DNA of 63,859 bases, filler included, from a bacterium (GTDB lineage Bacteria; UBP15; UBA6099; JAJRTR01): NCBI GenBank assembly GCA_024278215.1. It is 5 parts of 5 records of this genome, joined end to end, with 100 filler letters (N's around TTAATTAATTAA, not from the genome) between each part and the next. Parts side by side here need not be neighbours in the genome. Positions count along the whole stretch, not along the records: positions 39,376 to 52,021 come from JAJRTR010000181.1; 4 more parts are not named here. One strand, given 5' to 3'. Position 1 is the stretch's first letter; each line of letters opens with the position of its first letter. Below, piece by piece: positions 39,634 through 49,145 of this stretch. Below the pieces are notes generated by a model. The model was not told the origin of the DNA. It made no database searches and was given only the letters and a program-made list of their open reading frames with translations. The position numbers and the translations under genes were made by a program.

Positions 39634-40689
39634 GTGATGCAAATGGAGAAATACCTGGTTACAGGAGCCTGCGGCTTCACCGGCTCACATGTGTGCGATA
39701 TACTGGCCGAACGGGACATACAGTTTCTGGCGACGGACCTGGAGTCCGCGGACAGGCAGTGGCTGCCGGAGGGCGCCGAGTTTTTGCCGGCGGACATCAC
39801 CGACCCGGACAGCATTAAACCGTTGCTCGAAGGCATCGATATTGTGCTTCATCCGGCGGCTGTTTTTGATTGGTCCGCTTCAGAGGAATTGCTCCAGGCG
39901 GTCAATGTGCATGGCATGGAAAATATATGTGCCGCGGCGAAAGAGGCGGGAGTGAAGAGGGTTGTTTCATGGAGCACGAGCGGTGTTTACGGCGACCAGC
40001 AGTTCGACGAACTTCCCATCACAGAGGATTATCCCTGCAAACCGATCGACAAGTACAGCCTGTCGAAATATCGGCAGGACCAGATAGCCCTGCGGTATTC
40101 GCACGAGGAGGGGCTCCCGACGACAATCATCAGACCGGGTGTTGTGTACGGGCCGCGCTCGAAGTATGGCGCGATGCAGATTTTCGACGCGCTTTCCATG
40201 GCTCCCATCATTCCGATACCTGAAAACTTCACATTCAAACTCGGCACTGTTCACGCAAGGGATATTGCGGCCGCCGCGATATTCGTATCTACAAAGAAAG
40301 AAGCCGACGGTGAGATTTACGGCGTTGTAGATGATTCCGGTGTCACAATGAGAGACTTCTTCAGGATGATAGCCGCAGTGCTGGGGAAACCCACTATACC
40401 GATATTCGTGCCGCCGAAGCTGGCGAAATACGGCGGGCTTATCGCTGCCGATATATCCGAGTTTATCGCTAAGAACATCACGAAAACCAAACCGCTCCTG
40501 GAGAAAGACCCTATCAGGTTCTTCCCCATTTCACTGGACGTAAGCAACCGGAAGATCAGAGAACTGGGCTACGAATTCCAGTACTCGGACGTAAGACTCG
40601 GGATAATCGAAACGATCGACTTCATGCGAGATGAAGGAATGCTGGATATTTCGCCGATCGAAAGATTGAAAGAACTCATCCGGGGATAA
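39634..40689 (+). CDS. NAD-dependent epimerase/dehydratase (extended SDR, 3-beta-HSD-like)
   Basis: VTGACGFTGS, STSGVYG, YSLSK, RPGVVYGP. Confidence 0.9.
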   Translation: MMQMEKYLVTGACGFTGSHVCDILAERDIQFLATDLESADRQWLPEGAEFLPADITDPDSIKPLLEGIDIVLHPAAVFDWSASEELLQAVNVHGMENICAAAKEAGVKRVVSWSTSGVYGDQQFDELPITEDYPCKPIDKYSLSKYRQDQIALRYSHEEGLPTTIIRPGVVYGPRSKYGAMQIFDALSMAPIIPIPENFTFKLGTVHARDIAAAAIFVSTKKEADGEIYGVVDDSGVTMRDFFRMIAAVLGKPTIPIFVPPKLAKYGGLIAADISEFIAKNITKTKPLLEKDPIRFFPISLDVSNRKIRELGYEFQYSDVRLGIIETIDFMRDEGMLDISPIERLKELIRG

Positions 40690-40702
40690 AATGGATTCCC
40701 GA

Positions 40703-40738
40703 TAGTGTCGTGTCAACGATGAAAAGACCGTACCCCGT
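40703..40738 (+). repeat. Truncated left end of repeat family A
   Basis: TAGTGTCGTGTCAACGATGAAAAGAC identical to the start at 49811. Confidence 0.8.
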
Positions 40739-40805
40739 ATTTTTCACCGATGCAAGTTGAAAATTGCGAGAAATCCGGGATAGATATTTCTGGAGGGTTT
40801 TGACT

Positions 40806-41246
40806 GTGAAGAAAAACCTCATTGCACTGATTGTGATCTCTCTTTTTCTGGTCTCATGTGCTGTTTTCCCCGAAAAATACGGCATACCGCTCGAAGGCGC
40901 CGAACGAGAAAAGACGGTCGCACAGTCCGATCAGATTGCAAACGAGATGCTTATGAGTATCAACACGGGTGATTACGATATGTTTTCGAGACGCTTCAAC
41001 CAGGAAACCCGTGTGCATCTGCCACGGAAATACTTCCTTGAAAAAAGGGACCGGATACTCGGCAAGCTCGGGAAATACAAGTCGTATAAGCTCAAGGGAG
41101 TATTCTCGCATGGAGAGACGACACCGGCAGTATACATCGCGCAATTCGAGAAAGGAAAAATGACGCTGCTGATAATCCTCGAACAGACTGGTGAGGGCTA
41201 CGTTGTCGGCGGTGTGGAGATGACATCCGGCAAAACTACATTCTGA
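40806..41246 (+). CDS. DUF3887-like lipoprotein
   Basis: GGAGG RBS, lipobox LVSC, GDY..FSRRF, LGKY, AQFEKG. Confidence 0.6.
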   Translation: MKKNLIALIVISLFLVSCAVFPEKYGIPLEGAEREKTVAQSDQIANEMLMSINTGDYDMFSRRFNQETRVHLPRKYFLEKRDRILGKLGKYKSYKLKGVFSHGETTPAVYIAQFEKGKMTLLIILEQTGEGYVVGGVEMTSGKTTF

Positions 41247-41254
41247 GCTTGAGT

Positions 41255-41375
41255 TGTGCCATGTCACACTTGTAAACGCGCAAGAGGTGCAGACAAGGGA
41301 TGCGGCGACTCCGCCCTTGTCTATAGTTTTTACGCCAACTCAACTTACATCTTTTCATCGTTGACACGACAGTAG
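41255..41375 (-). mobile_element. Repeat family A, short copy with both ends
   Basis: Reverse complement TGTCGTGTCAACGATGAAAAGA...TTTACAAGTGTGACATGGCAC; internal hairpin AGACAAGGG/CCCTTGTCT. Confidence 0.8.
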
Positions 41376-41521
41376 TGCCTGAACGAAAACCCTGAAACAC
41401 CTTTAAAACAAAGGGGTAATAGAAAAAGTGCTACCGAAATAAAGAAGAAAAACAGCAGTGCAAGGGTTCAACTTATGCGCCTTTGACCGAGTCAATCAAC
41501 CCCCTGTATAATACAGAAGCT

Positions 41522-42304
41522 ATGAAACATTCGCTAAGAACAACAATCGTAGATAATACTGCATGTGGCGGGCAGTGGAACAGGCTCGAGATTGAAGCGC
41601 CCGAAATCGCAGCCGCTGCCGGGCCGGGCGCATTTGTGCAGGTTCGTGCATGGACGGGTATAAGCCCTTTGCTGCGGCGACCGTTTTCGATTGCAGGTAC
41701 TTGCGGCGACAGTTTAATAATACTTGTTAAAAAGGTAGGAACGGGCACGAGAATTATTACTGCGCTCGATGTCGGCGCGGAAATCGAAATAACCGGTCCG
41801 CTCGGAACAAATTTCTCGTGTCCGGGGCCGGAACAGTCAGTGTTTCTTGTCGCGGGCGGTGTCGGAATCGCACCGTTGCGTTTCTTCATCGAAAGGAATC
41901 CTGATGCTGACTGCACACTTTTCTTCGGCGCGCGCGACAGCAGTGAACTCGCTGTCCTCGACGATGAATTGTTTGAAAATATCAACCTGAAGCTCACTAC
42001 GGAGGACGGATCGGCAGGCGTAAAAGGACTCGTTACAGCGCTGCTCGCGGAAGAAATGGAAAAGAGCGATTCGGCGATCGTGCTCACTTGCGGTCCTGCG
42101 CCGATGATGAAGGCGGTCGCAGAGCTGGCGGCTATGTGTGATTTCAGGTGCGAGGTGTCGATGGAGACATACATGTGTTGCGGAATCGGGGCCTGCATGG
42201 GTTGCGTCGTGCCCGCTGCCGGAGATGCCTCTGGATACCTGCACGCCTGCACCGACGGCCCCGTCATGGATTCCACGATGATTGATTGGAGCAGGATCAA
42301 ATAA
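41522..42304 (+). CDS. pyrK: Dihydroorotate dehydrogenase electron-transfer subunit
   Basis: RRPFS, GPLG, AGGVGIAP, CGP, MCCGIGACMGC, CTDGPV. Confidence 0.92.
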   Translation: MKHSLRTTIVDNTACGGQWNRLEIEAPEIAAAAGPGAFVQVRAWTGISPLLRRPFSIAGTCGDSLIILVKKVGTGTRIITALDVGAEIEITGPLGTNFSCPGPEQSVFLVAGGVGIAPLRFFIERNPDADCTLFFGARDSSELAVLDDELFENINLKLTTEDGSAGVKGLVTALLAEEMEKSDSAIVLTCGPAPMMKAVAELAAMCDFRCEVSMETYMCCGIGACMGCVVPAAGDASGYLHACTDGPVMDSTMIDWSRIK

Positions 42305-42321
42305 CTGGCCGGGAGTGAAGT

Positions 42322-43245
42322 TTGGCAGAAACAGACCTTAAGGTAAAACTCAGAGACGATGTGATCTTGAAAAATCCGGTGCTTGTATGCTCCGGAACGT
42401 TCGGCTATGGCCGTGAATTCAGCGACTTCATGGACCCCGGCAAACTTGGCGGGATTTTCACCAAGGCTATTACACCCGAGCCGCGTGCAGGGAATCCGCC
42501 GCCGCGCACCATCGAAACACCGGCCGGAATGCTCAACGCCATCGGGCTTGAAAACGTGGGGCTCGATGTTTTTGTAAAGGAAAAACTTCCATATCTAGCC
42601 ACGCTGGACACCGCAGTTTTTATAAATGTCGCGGGGAGTTCCGAAGATGATTACATTACAGTAGTCGATCGACTGTCTGTGGAGGATGCGGTAGACGGTT
42701 TTGAAATAAACATATCCTGCCCGAATGTTAAAAGCGGTGGAATAGCGTTCGGCACGCACCCCGAACCGGCGGCACAGCTCATCGCCGCGTTGAGAAATAT
42801 CACAGATAAACTGATTATCACGAAGCTCAGTCCGAACGTAACAGAGATTACAGACATTGCACGCGCTGTTTGCGATGCCGGTACGGATGTACTGTCGCTT
42901 GTGAATACTTTCCGTGGCATGGCGATAGACGCAGTCGCGCAGTCGCCGGTTCTCGGCAATGTCGTGGGGGGGCTCTCGGGGCCGGCGATCAAAGCGCTTG
43001 CTTTATATAATGTATATCAGGTATCATTAAGCGTTGCGGTTCCTGTTATAGGCATGGGGGGGATCAGCAATGGAATCGACGCCGTCGAGTTTATGCTCGC
43101 CGGCGCGGATGCGGTTTCCATCGGGACAGCCAACTTTATTCATCCTGACGCCGCACTTAGGGTTCTCGGAGAAATTGTTGAATACTGCGAATCCAAAAGG
43201 ATCATCGCTATAGGGGAAATAGTGGGTAAAGCGCACAGGAAATGA
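42322..43245 (+). CDS. pyrD: Dihydroorotate dehydrogenase class 1B catalytic subunit
   Basis: SGTFGYG, GNPPPR, NAIGL, EINISCPN, KLSPN, GGLSGPAIK. Confidence 0.95.
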   Translation: MAETDLKVKLRDDVILKNPVLVCSGTFGYGREFSDFMDPGKLGGIFTKAITPEPRAGNPPPRTIETPAGMLNAIGLENVGLDVFVKEKLPYLATLDTAVFINVAGSSEDDYITVVDRLSVEDAVDGFEINISCPNVKSGGIAFGTHPEPAAQLIAALRNITDKLIITKLSPNVTEITDIARAVCDAGTDVLSLVNTFRGMAIDAVAQSPVLGNVVGGLSGPAIKALALYNVYQVSLSVAVPVIGMGGISNGIDAVEFMLAGADAVSIGTANFIHPDAALRVLGEIVEYCESKRIIAIGEIVGKAHRK

Positions 43246-43262
43246 GTGAGCAATGCCGATAA
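43236..43262 (+). promoter_or_regulatory. Putative sigma28 promoter of cheB
   Basis: Perfect -10 GCCGATAA (43255-43262) with a weak -35 (CAGG) 15 bp upstream. Confidence 0.45.
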
Positions 43263-43333
43263 TATTAGATAAATCATTACGGCAACAAAACTTTGAATAA
43301 TAGCTGTCGACAGTGACTGTTATGGTGTTCCCT

Positions 43334-44467
43334 ATGGCTGAGCCTCTGAAGAAAATAAGAGTAATGGTAGTCGAATACTCTGCATACATGCGTTATGTAA
43401 TATCCGAGATACTGAACTCCGATCCTGAAATAGAAGTAGTGGAAAAAGCCCGCGATGGTGTGGATGCCCTCGAAAGGCTGAAAAAAGATGTGCCGGACGT
43501 CATCACGCTCGATATACAGATGCCGCGAATGGATGGACTGACTTTCCTCGCTGAATTGAGAAAGAATTATCGTATCCCGACAATAATGATCAGCAGTCTC
43601 ACGCGCGAGGGCGCCGAAGATACATTCAAGGCGCTGGACCTCGGCGCTGTGGATTTTGTGCCTAAACCGTCTGGAATGCTGTCGCTCACCCTCGAAGACA
43701 TCCAGGAGCAACTGATAGAAAAAGTAAAAGCGGCATCCGTTATCAAACCGATGGTGACATTCGGAACAGGCCTGGGAACACGAGTTAAAGAAAGAGCGGA
43801 ACACTCGGAACATGTTGCGGAGCGGCAACCGAACAGCAGGCGCGAAACCGTAATAGAACCGTTGCGGGTGAAGAGAACACCGCTTCCCCAAAAAGTGCCT
43901 GTACTTCATCGTATCGTCGCCATCGGCAGCTCCACCGGCGGCCCGCGCGCACTTACGGAGATTATACCTCTGCTGCCCGGCGACCTGTCTGCCTGCGTTG
44001 TTGTTGTCCAGCACATGCCGCCGCGTTTCACCACGGCGCTCGCGGAACGCCTCAACTCGATTTCCGAAGTCGATGTGATCGAAGCTTCGAACGGAGACAG
44101 GTTGAAACCGGGTGTTGTGTACATCGCTCCCGGAGACTTCCACATACACGTCGGCAAAGGCGATACGATCTATCTCACACAGGAAGCTCCTGTAAACGGG
44201 GTCAGACCCTCTATCGACATTCTCATGAAATCCGTAGCTGCAACATACAGGCGCAAAAGCATCGGCGTGATCCTTACAGGCATGGGCTCCGACGGCAAAG
44301 AAGGCGTGAAAATGATAAGTGGTGAAGGCGGAACGGTATTCGCCGAGCATGAAACTACATGTGTTGTATACGGCATGCCCAGGGTCGCCGTCGAAACAGG
44401 CTGCGTCGACCGTGTGCTTATTCTTCCACGCATCGCAGACGAACTCATCCAGCTGATTGAAAACTGA
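43334..44467 (+). CDS. cheB: Chemotaxis response regulator/methylesterase
   Basis: Receiver (TLDIQMP..DG, FVPKP) plus methylesterase (GSSTGGP, QHMP, LTGMGSDG, YGMP). Confidence 0.93.
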   Translation: MAEPLKKIRVMVVEYSAYMRYVISEILNSDPEIEVVEKARDGVDALERLKKDVPDVITLDIQMPRMDGLTFLAELRKNYRIPTIMISSLTREGAEDTFKALDLGAVDFVPKPSGMLSLTLEDIQEQLIEKVKAASVIKPMVTFGTGLGTRVKERAEHSEHVAERQPNSRRETVIEPLRVKRTPLPQKVPVLHRIVAIGSSTGGPRALTEIIPLLPGDLSACVVVVQHMPPRFTTALAERLNSISEVDVIEASNGDRLKPGVVYIAPGDFHIHVGKGDTIYLTQEAPVNGVRPSIDILMKSVAATYRRKSIGVILTGMGSDGKEGVKMISGEGGTVFAEHETTCVVYGMPRVAVETGCVDRVLILPRIADELIQLIEN

Positions 44468-44476
44468 CCTTTTATA

Positions 44477-44597
44477 GAGCCAGTTGGAAAATTCCGGTTC
44501 GGCGGCGGGCGGCGGCAATTGTCAACAGCTTCGTTGCCTGCGCAAAAACTTCCTCGACTTACACTACAAGTACGACTGCGGGGATTTTGCACATCCC
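44477..44597 (-). repeat. Repeat family C, diverged partial copy
   Basis: GAGCCAGTTGGAAAATT...GCAATTGTCAACAGCT...TTCCTCGAC..ACTACAAGTACG..TGCGGGGATTTTGCAC matches 58379-58500. Confidence 0.75.
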
Positions 44598-44719
44598 GAA
44601 TTTCTCTTTGCCGGGGATGAGCAGCCTTGCAGCTTGATGGAAAACGTGATAATGTCCAGTACTGTAATATTGCAGTATTTACGGCGCGTCAGACATTGCG
44701 CATAACGGAAGGCGGTAAT

Positions 44720-46117
44720 TTGTCGATCAGGAGTAAAGAGCGAGACCTGACTGAGGGCAGTCTTCTGAAGTATATCTTTGTGCTGGGCATACCTGTGATG
44801 GCCGGCATGTTTATGAATAATGTCTACACGCTGGCAGACCTCTACTGGGTCGGCAGGCTCGGGCCGACGGAAATCGCAGGAGTCACCCTCTGCCAGTTGT
44901 TGTTCTTCGTAGTCTTTTCCATATCACAGATATTCGGCATGGGTACCCTTGCGCTTGTCGCCCGCTATTTCGGACAGGGGCGCAGGGATAAAGCAGTGGA
45001 GACAACCCGCAACGCAGTTTTTGCCGCGCTGATAGTCGGGCTCGTGCTTTCGGCGACTGTTTTTGTTTTCGCCGACGAAGTTGTAAGTCTCGTGGGTGCG
45101 AGAGGCGATGTGGCACCGGTCGCGCTTGCATACCTGAAACCGTTCTGCCTGGGATTCGTGTTTCAACTGGTTGCCTTTACAGTAAATTTCACGATGCGCT
45201 GCGCCGGCGATATGATAACTCCGATGGTAATGATGGGCATATCGATTGTGTTGAACACAATACTGGATCCATTTATGATCTTCGGCTGGGGCCCATTCCC
45301 CGAGTGGGGTGTCGCGGGTGCGGCGATTGCTACAACTATCTCACAATTTATCGGCGCGGCTCTTTCGATTTTTGCGACTGTTTCCGGACTCACAACTTTG
45401 CATGTACCTGTAACATTCAAGTTTAAACCCGACTGGAAAGAGATATGGGCGATTATTCGGATCGGCGCTCCCATCGGGGTTCAGTTTCTTATACTCAGCA
45501 TGACCTTTTTCATACTCATCAGAATTGTTGCAGGATATGGCGAACATGTTGTCGCGACACTCGGCATAGCATGGCGGATATTGCACACGGCGAGTATGCC
45601 GGTACTCGGTATCGGCGCGGCGGTAGCAACGCTCGTGGGGCAGAACCTCGGTGCGAAGAAAGAAGACCGCGCGGTCCGCGCCACAACACTCGGCGTCATT
45701 GCGTCTGTCTCGCTCGCCAGTATTTTTGTAATCACATACTTTTCGGTGCCGGGATTCTTCGTTTCACTTTTTACCGATTCAAAAAAAGTTTTAGACCTTG
45801 CTCCACTTGCTATCAGAATAATGGGCTTTTCGCAGATATTTATCGCCGTCAATATAGTTTTACAGTCCTGCTTCAGTGGTTCCGGCGATACATTCCCACC
45901 AATGCTGGCAGCAATCATCCGGGCTGTAGTGATGCTTGTTGCTGTTTTTTTCCTGCCGCGTCTGGCAGGGCTTGGCCTCACCGGCATTATTCTCGGACTG
46001 CCGATCTCGACATTCACCGGCATGACCGTTCTGTATTTCTTCTATCGCAAAGGCAGATGGAAAACACACATGGAAAAAAAAGAGCCGCCTATGACTGCTC
46101 TGCATCCCGTTTCCTGA
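44720..46117 (+). CDS. MATE-family efflux transporter
   Basis: DLTEG, ADLYWVGRLG, GDM.TPM, NTILDP.MIFG, GVAGAAIAT, GQNLGA; about 12 TMs. Confidence 0.92.
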   Translation: MSIRSKERDLTEGSLLKYIFVLGIPVMAGMFMNNVYTLADLYWVGRLGPTEIAGVTLCQLLFFVVFSISQIFGMGTLALVARYFGQGRRDKAVETTRNAVFAALIVGLVLSATVFVFADEVVSLVGARGDVAPVALAYLKPFCLGFVFQLVAFTVNFTMRCAGDMITPMVMMGISIVLNTILDPFMIFGWGPFPEWGVAGAAIATTISQFIGAALSIFATVSGLTTLHVPVTFKFKPDWKEIWAIIRIGAPIGVQFLILSMTFFILIRIVAGYGEHVVATLGIAWRILHTASMPVLGIGAAVATLVGQNLGAKKEDRAVRATTLGVIASVSLASIFVITYFSVPGFFVSLFTDSKKVLDLAPLAIRIMGFSQIFIAVNIVLQSCFSGSGDTFPPMLAAIIRAVVMLVAVFFLPRLAGLGLTGIILGLPISTFTGMTVLYFFYRKGRWKTHMEKKEPPMTALHPVS

Positions 46118-46156
46118 TTTGTGATTCGATAACCTTGGTGAAATACGCAGGAAACA

Positions 46157-46522
46157 TTATTGCTCATCTTTCATGGTATCCAGGTCCGGCCGCTGCAACA
46201 TAGTCGGCTTCGCAAAATCGCCGGGCATGATATTATCAATAAAATTCTTAAAATTCTCTTTCTCCGTATCAAGACAATACCTGACAAACATTGTCCTGAT
46301 ATACTTTCCGTCAACCACGTATTCCTCATAGATGCAGTCGTGATATTTGTATGAAATATTTTCGTATAAAAGGTCATGTTTCAAATATTTATCAGTAAAT
46401 TTGTCGGGCTCTAGATGATTGAAAGGAACGAGCACAACTTTGTTCATTCCTTCCTTGCATTGTCCTTCGCCAAGAAAGTGGACAACAAGCCTTACCGCCA
46501 ATTTTTCAATTGAGTTTTTCAT
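46157..46522 (-). CDS. AT-rich hypothetical protein
   Basis: ~121-aa ORF from MKNSIEK in a low-GC patch; no family recognised. Confidence 0.5.
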   Translation of the reverse strand: MKNSIEKLAVRLVVHFLGEGQCKEGMNKVVLVPFNHLEPDKFTDKYLKHDLLYENISYKYHDCIYEEYVVDGKYIRTMFVRYCLDTEKENFKNFIDNIMPGDFAKPTMLQRPDLDTMKDEQ

Positions 46523-46703
46523 GTTGTCACGTTTCCAATCTATTATTTTGTGCTGCTTGATCCGGTGCAAAATGTCGTTCAATTGCGTCCGGCTGCAATT
46601 GGCACTTCCTAATAAATAATAAATCGATTTTCTGCTTTTTTGTTCCCGCTTTCTTCAGTTATATTTCATATATACCCATTATCAGAAGCCTTGAAAAATA
46701 TAT

Positions 46704-46884
46704 TTATCCCGGATTTCTCACAAAGAAATCCGGAAAACCGTGAGAACCCCCATTCTACTGCGTTGCGGCGGCGATTCGGGATCGGTCACATACCTGCAGT
46801 ATGCTCCCTCACCACTAACTTGCCGCGCCTTGTTTTGGGCATTCTTCCGGATTTAAACCCGCATTTGTGAAATATGCGGGTTAA
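46704..46884 (+). mobile_element. MITE-like repeat family B, full copy
   Basis: Ends TTATCCCGGATTTCTCACAAA ... TTTGTGAAATATGCGGGTTAA; homologous to 48538-48720. Confidence 0.88.
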
Positions 46885-46890
46885 TAGAAC

Positions 46891-47592
46891 TTATGAGATA
46901 ACAGAAGTTTTTTTGCCTGCGAACCTGACTCGGAAGCGGGGCGGGTGGGCGACGACGCATGTTACGGAACAGTTGGGGAGCAGCGTCATCGGGTGTGAAA
47001 TTGAAAACCAGTTGAAGATATGTCTGCGCGCGAGATCGACGAGCATAGCGCTTATAAAGAAACTGTGCGCGACGGCAACCACACGGCGCTCGGGGCGTGC
47101 GGCGAGCGTGTCGAGGCAAAAGGATGTGCGGGCAAAAAGGTCTTCGGGCGACTCGAACCCCTTGATCCCGAAATTCACCCATTTTGTGAAAGCGGCTGTA
47201 AAACCGGCTTCGAAAAGAAATCCACGGATATGTTTGCCGCCGGGTATTTTATAGAGAGTTCGCGAAAGAGTATTTTCTATTTTCAGGTTGCCGAGAGCGT
47301 TTTTTTCGACTTTGATCTCGCGCATTTCGTGCAGTTTTTCGACTTCGAGCCCGAAGCGTTCCGCTATAGGCCCGGCAGTCATGTCGGTGCGGGCGAGCCC
47401 GCTGGAGACCACGGCTCCGACGTCGACACGACCTTCGAACCAGTCGGCAGTTGCTTCCGCCTGCCTCTGTCCGAGTTCTGATACAGGGTTGTCGAGAAAC
47501 CCCTCATCATTCACATCCATTTCGTCGAATGTGACACCGGCAACGTTGTCCAGTGATTCGCCATGCCTTACAAAGTATATTTCAGTCGCCAT
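46891..47592 (-). CDS. Histidine phosphatase family protein
   Basis: VRHGES, LS.LG..QA, SSGL.R...TA, GFES, VAHS, PNCS. Confidence 0.88.
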   Translation of the reverse strand: MATEIYFVRHGESLDNVAGVTFDEMDVNDEGFLDNPVSELGQRQAEATADWFEGRVDVGAVVSSGLARTDMTAGPIAERFGLEVEKLHEMREIKVEKNALGNLKIENTLSRTLYKIPGGKHIRGFLFEAGFTAAFTKWVNFGIKGFESPEDLFARTSFCLDTLAARPERRVVAVAHSFFISAMLVDLARRHIFNWFSISHPMTLLPNCSVTCVVAHPPRFRVRFAGKKTSVIS

Positions 47593-47753
47593 GTTTTTCT
47601 CGCAATCTGTTCAAAAACATTTCCAACAGGGGACAATTATATCATAAGAACAATGTCCGGGGCACATCCGGATCATGGATGTATTTCTGTTTTATCTATA
47701 TTGAGTATAAAATAGAAAAATTGAATAAGACTACGGAGTACTGAAAAACCGCA

Positions 47754-48428
47754 ATGCGAAAAGAACCGGTAATACTGATAGATGTGCCGCTCGAAATGGG
47801 TGGCGATCCTTATCTTACGCCTGTTAACGACAGCCTCACCCCTCTCGACATACTCATGAGCAGGATGCAGGAACTAGCGCCGCTCGACCGGATTGTGTTA
47901 TGCACGGGACGCATGAGGTATCACTCTGTATTCAACCGTTTTGCCGCCACCCGGCACATCACGCTGTACCCGACAAACGAACCGTATATCATGAAACGGA
48001 TTATGGCCGCAGTAGCCATCAGCAGGGCAGATACGATAATACGTGTTTCGGCAAATCACGTGTTTGCCGATCCTGAAATGCTGAGGATACTTCTTAACCT
48101 GCACTCACAGCACAAGACAGCGCCGGACTACAGTACACTGCTCAACGCCCCGGATTGGATTTCAGGCGAAGTGATCGAGACATTCGCTGTGCAGAGAGCA
48201 TGGGACGAGATAAAAGGACACGAAGAGTTCAAGACGATACAGCCCAAGGCATTTTTCAACAGCAGGATCGATGATTATGGTGTCTTAAAGCACAGGGCAC
48301 CGATCCGGGGCACCTGGCAGATGACGGAGATGACTCTCGCCACACAGGAAGGCCACGCCGCCATTATCGAGGCAATAAGACAAGCCAGAAACTATGAAGA
48401 TATAACCTTCAAACAATTTCTTGTATAA
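47754..48428 (+). CDS. SpsF/cytidylyltransferase-like protein (degenerate)
   Basis: IIRVSAN..FADP, DY, P..ISGEV resemble SpsF; the N-terminal QARMxSxRLPGK motif is absent. Confidence 0.5.
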   Translation: MRKEPVILIDVPLEMGGDPYLTPVNDSLTPLDILMSRMQELAPLDRIVLCTGRMRYHSVFNRFAATRHITLYPTNEPYIMKRIMAAVAISRADTIIRVSANHVFADPEMLRILLNLHSQHKTAPDYSTLLNAPDWISGEVIETFAVQRAWDEIKGHEEFKTIQPKAFFNSRIDDYGVLKHRAPIRGTWQMTEMTLATQEGHAAIIEAIRQARNYEDITFKQFLV

Positions 48429-48537
48429 ACCGTATCAACAGATAAAACGCATACTTGATTTTTCATACATGGTTATTGTTGATGTCCGGGGCGATAACAT
48501 ACCATGGGGTGATAAACATCCGGTCCGCGCTGCCGAC

Positions 48538-48720
48538 TTAACCCGGATTTCTCACAAAGAAATCCGGAAAATCGCAATAACGCCTATTCTACTGCGTTGC
48601 GGCGGCGATTCGGGATCGGTCACATACTATCAGTATGCTCCCGCACCACTCACTTGCCGCGCCTTGTATTACAGGCATTCTCCCGATTTTTAACCCGCAT
48701 TGGTGAAATATGCGGGTTAA
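48538..48720 (+). mobile_element. MITE-like repeat family B, full copy, TTAA at both ends
   Basis: TTAACCCGGATTTCTCAC ... GTGAAATATGCGGGTTAA inverted termini, each end also a local hairpin. Confidence 0.9.
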
Positions 48721-48908
48721 GACCATTCATTCTTCTTATTGCCAAAAAGAGATTTCAGCTCTTCCGCAGTTATTTCGATTTCCTTCGCGGCTTCGGAATT
48801 GTTCATCCGTTCCCTGACCTCGTTTTCTATGCGCGTGGCAATCGCGTCTGCCTGCCGATTCTCATCTGTTTCTCTCTGCCGGGTCACTATACTCTTATAT
48901 CCTTTCAT
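48717..48908 (-). CDS. Small charged helical protein (63 aa)
   Basis: MKGYKSIV...LKSLFGNKKNEWS; preceded by TTGACT-N17-TAAAAT (48931-48959). Confidence 0.45.
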   Translation of the reverse strand: MKGYKSIVTRQRETDENRQADAIATRIENEVRERMNNSEAAKEIEITAEELKSLFGNKKNEWS

Positions 48909-49080
48909 TGTGCTATCAAAATCACATGCCATTTTAAAACAGTGTATCAATAGAGTCAACTTCGAGTAAAATTCGCAACCGGCAATAATTAGCTGTTAAG
49001 CAACACGCAAAACATGTGCCGGGGATAACTTCTGCAATCGGGCCTTTTACCAGAGAACCGCGAAATTCACAATTGTTTTT

Positions 49081-49106
49081 AACCAACAGTCCCTGATGTC
49101 CGTCTA
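49081..49106 (+). promoter_or_regulatory. Putative ECF-sigma promoter
   Basis: AAC-N17-CGTCTA 40 bp upstream of a Spy/CpxP gene. Confidence 0.45.
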
Positions 49107-49145
49107 TATGGATGTCCGAAAAAAAAACATGGAGGATAACGACTT

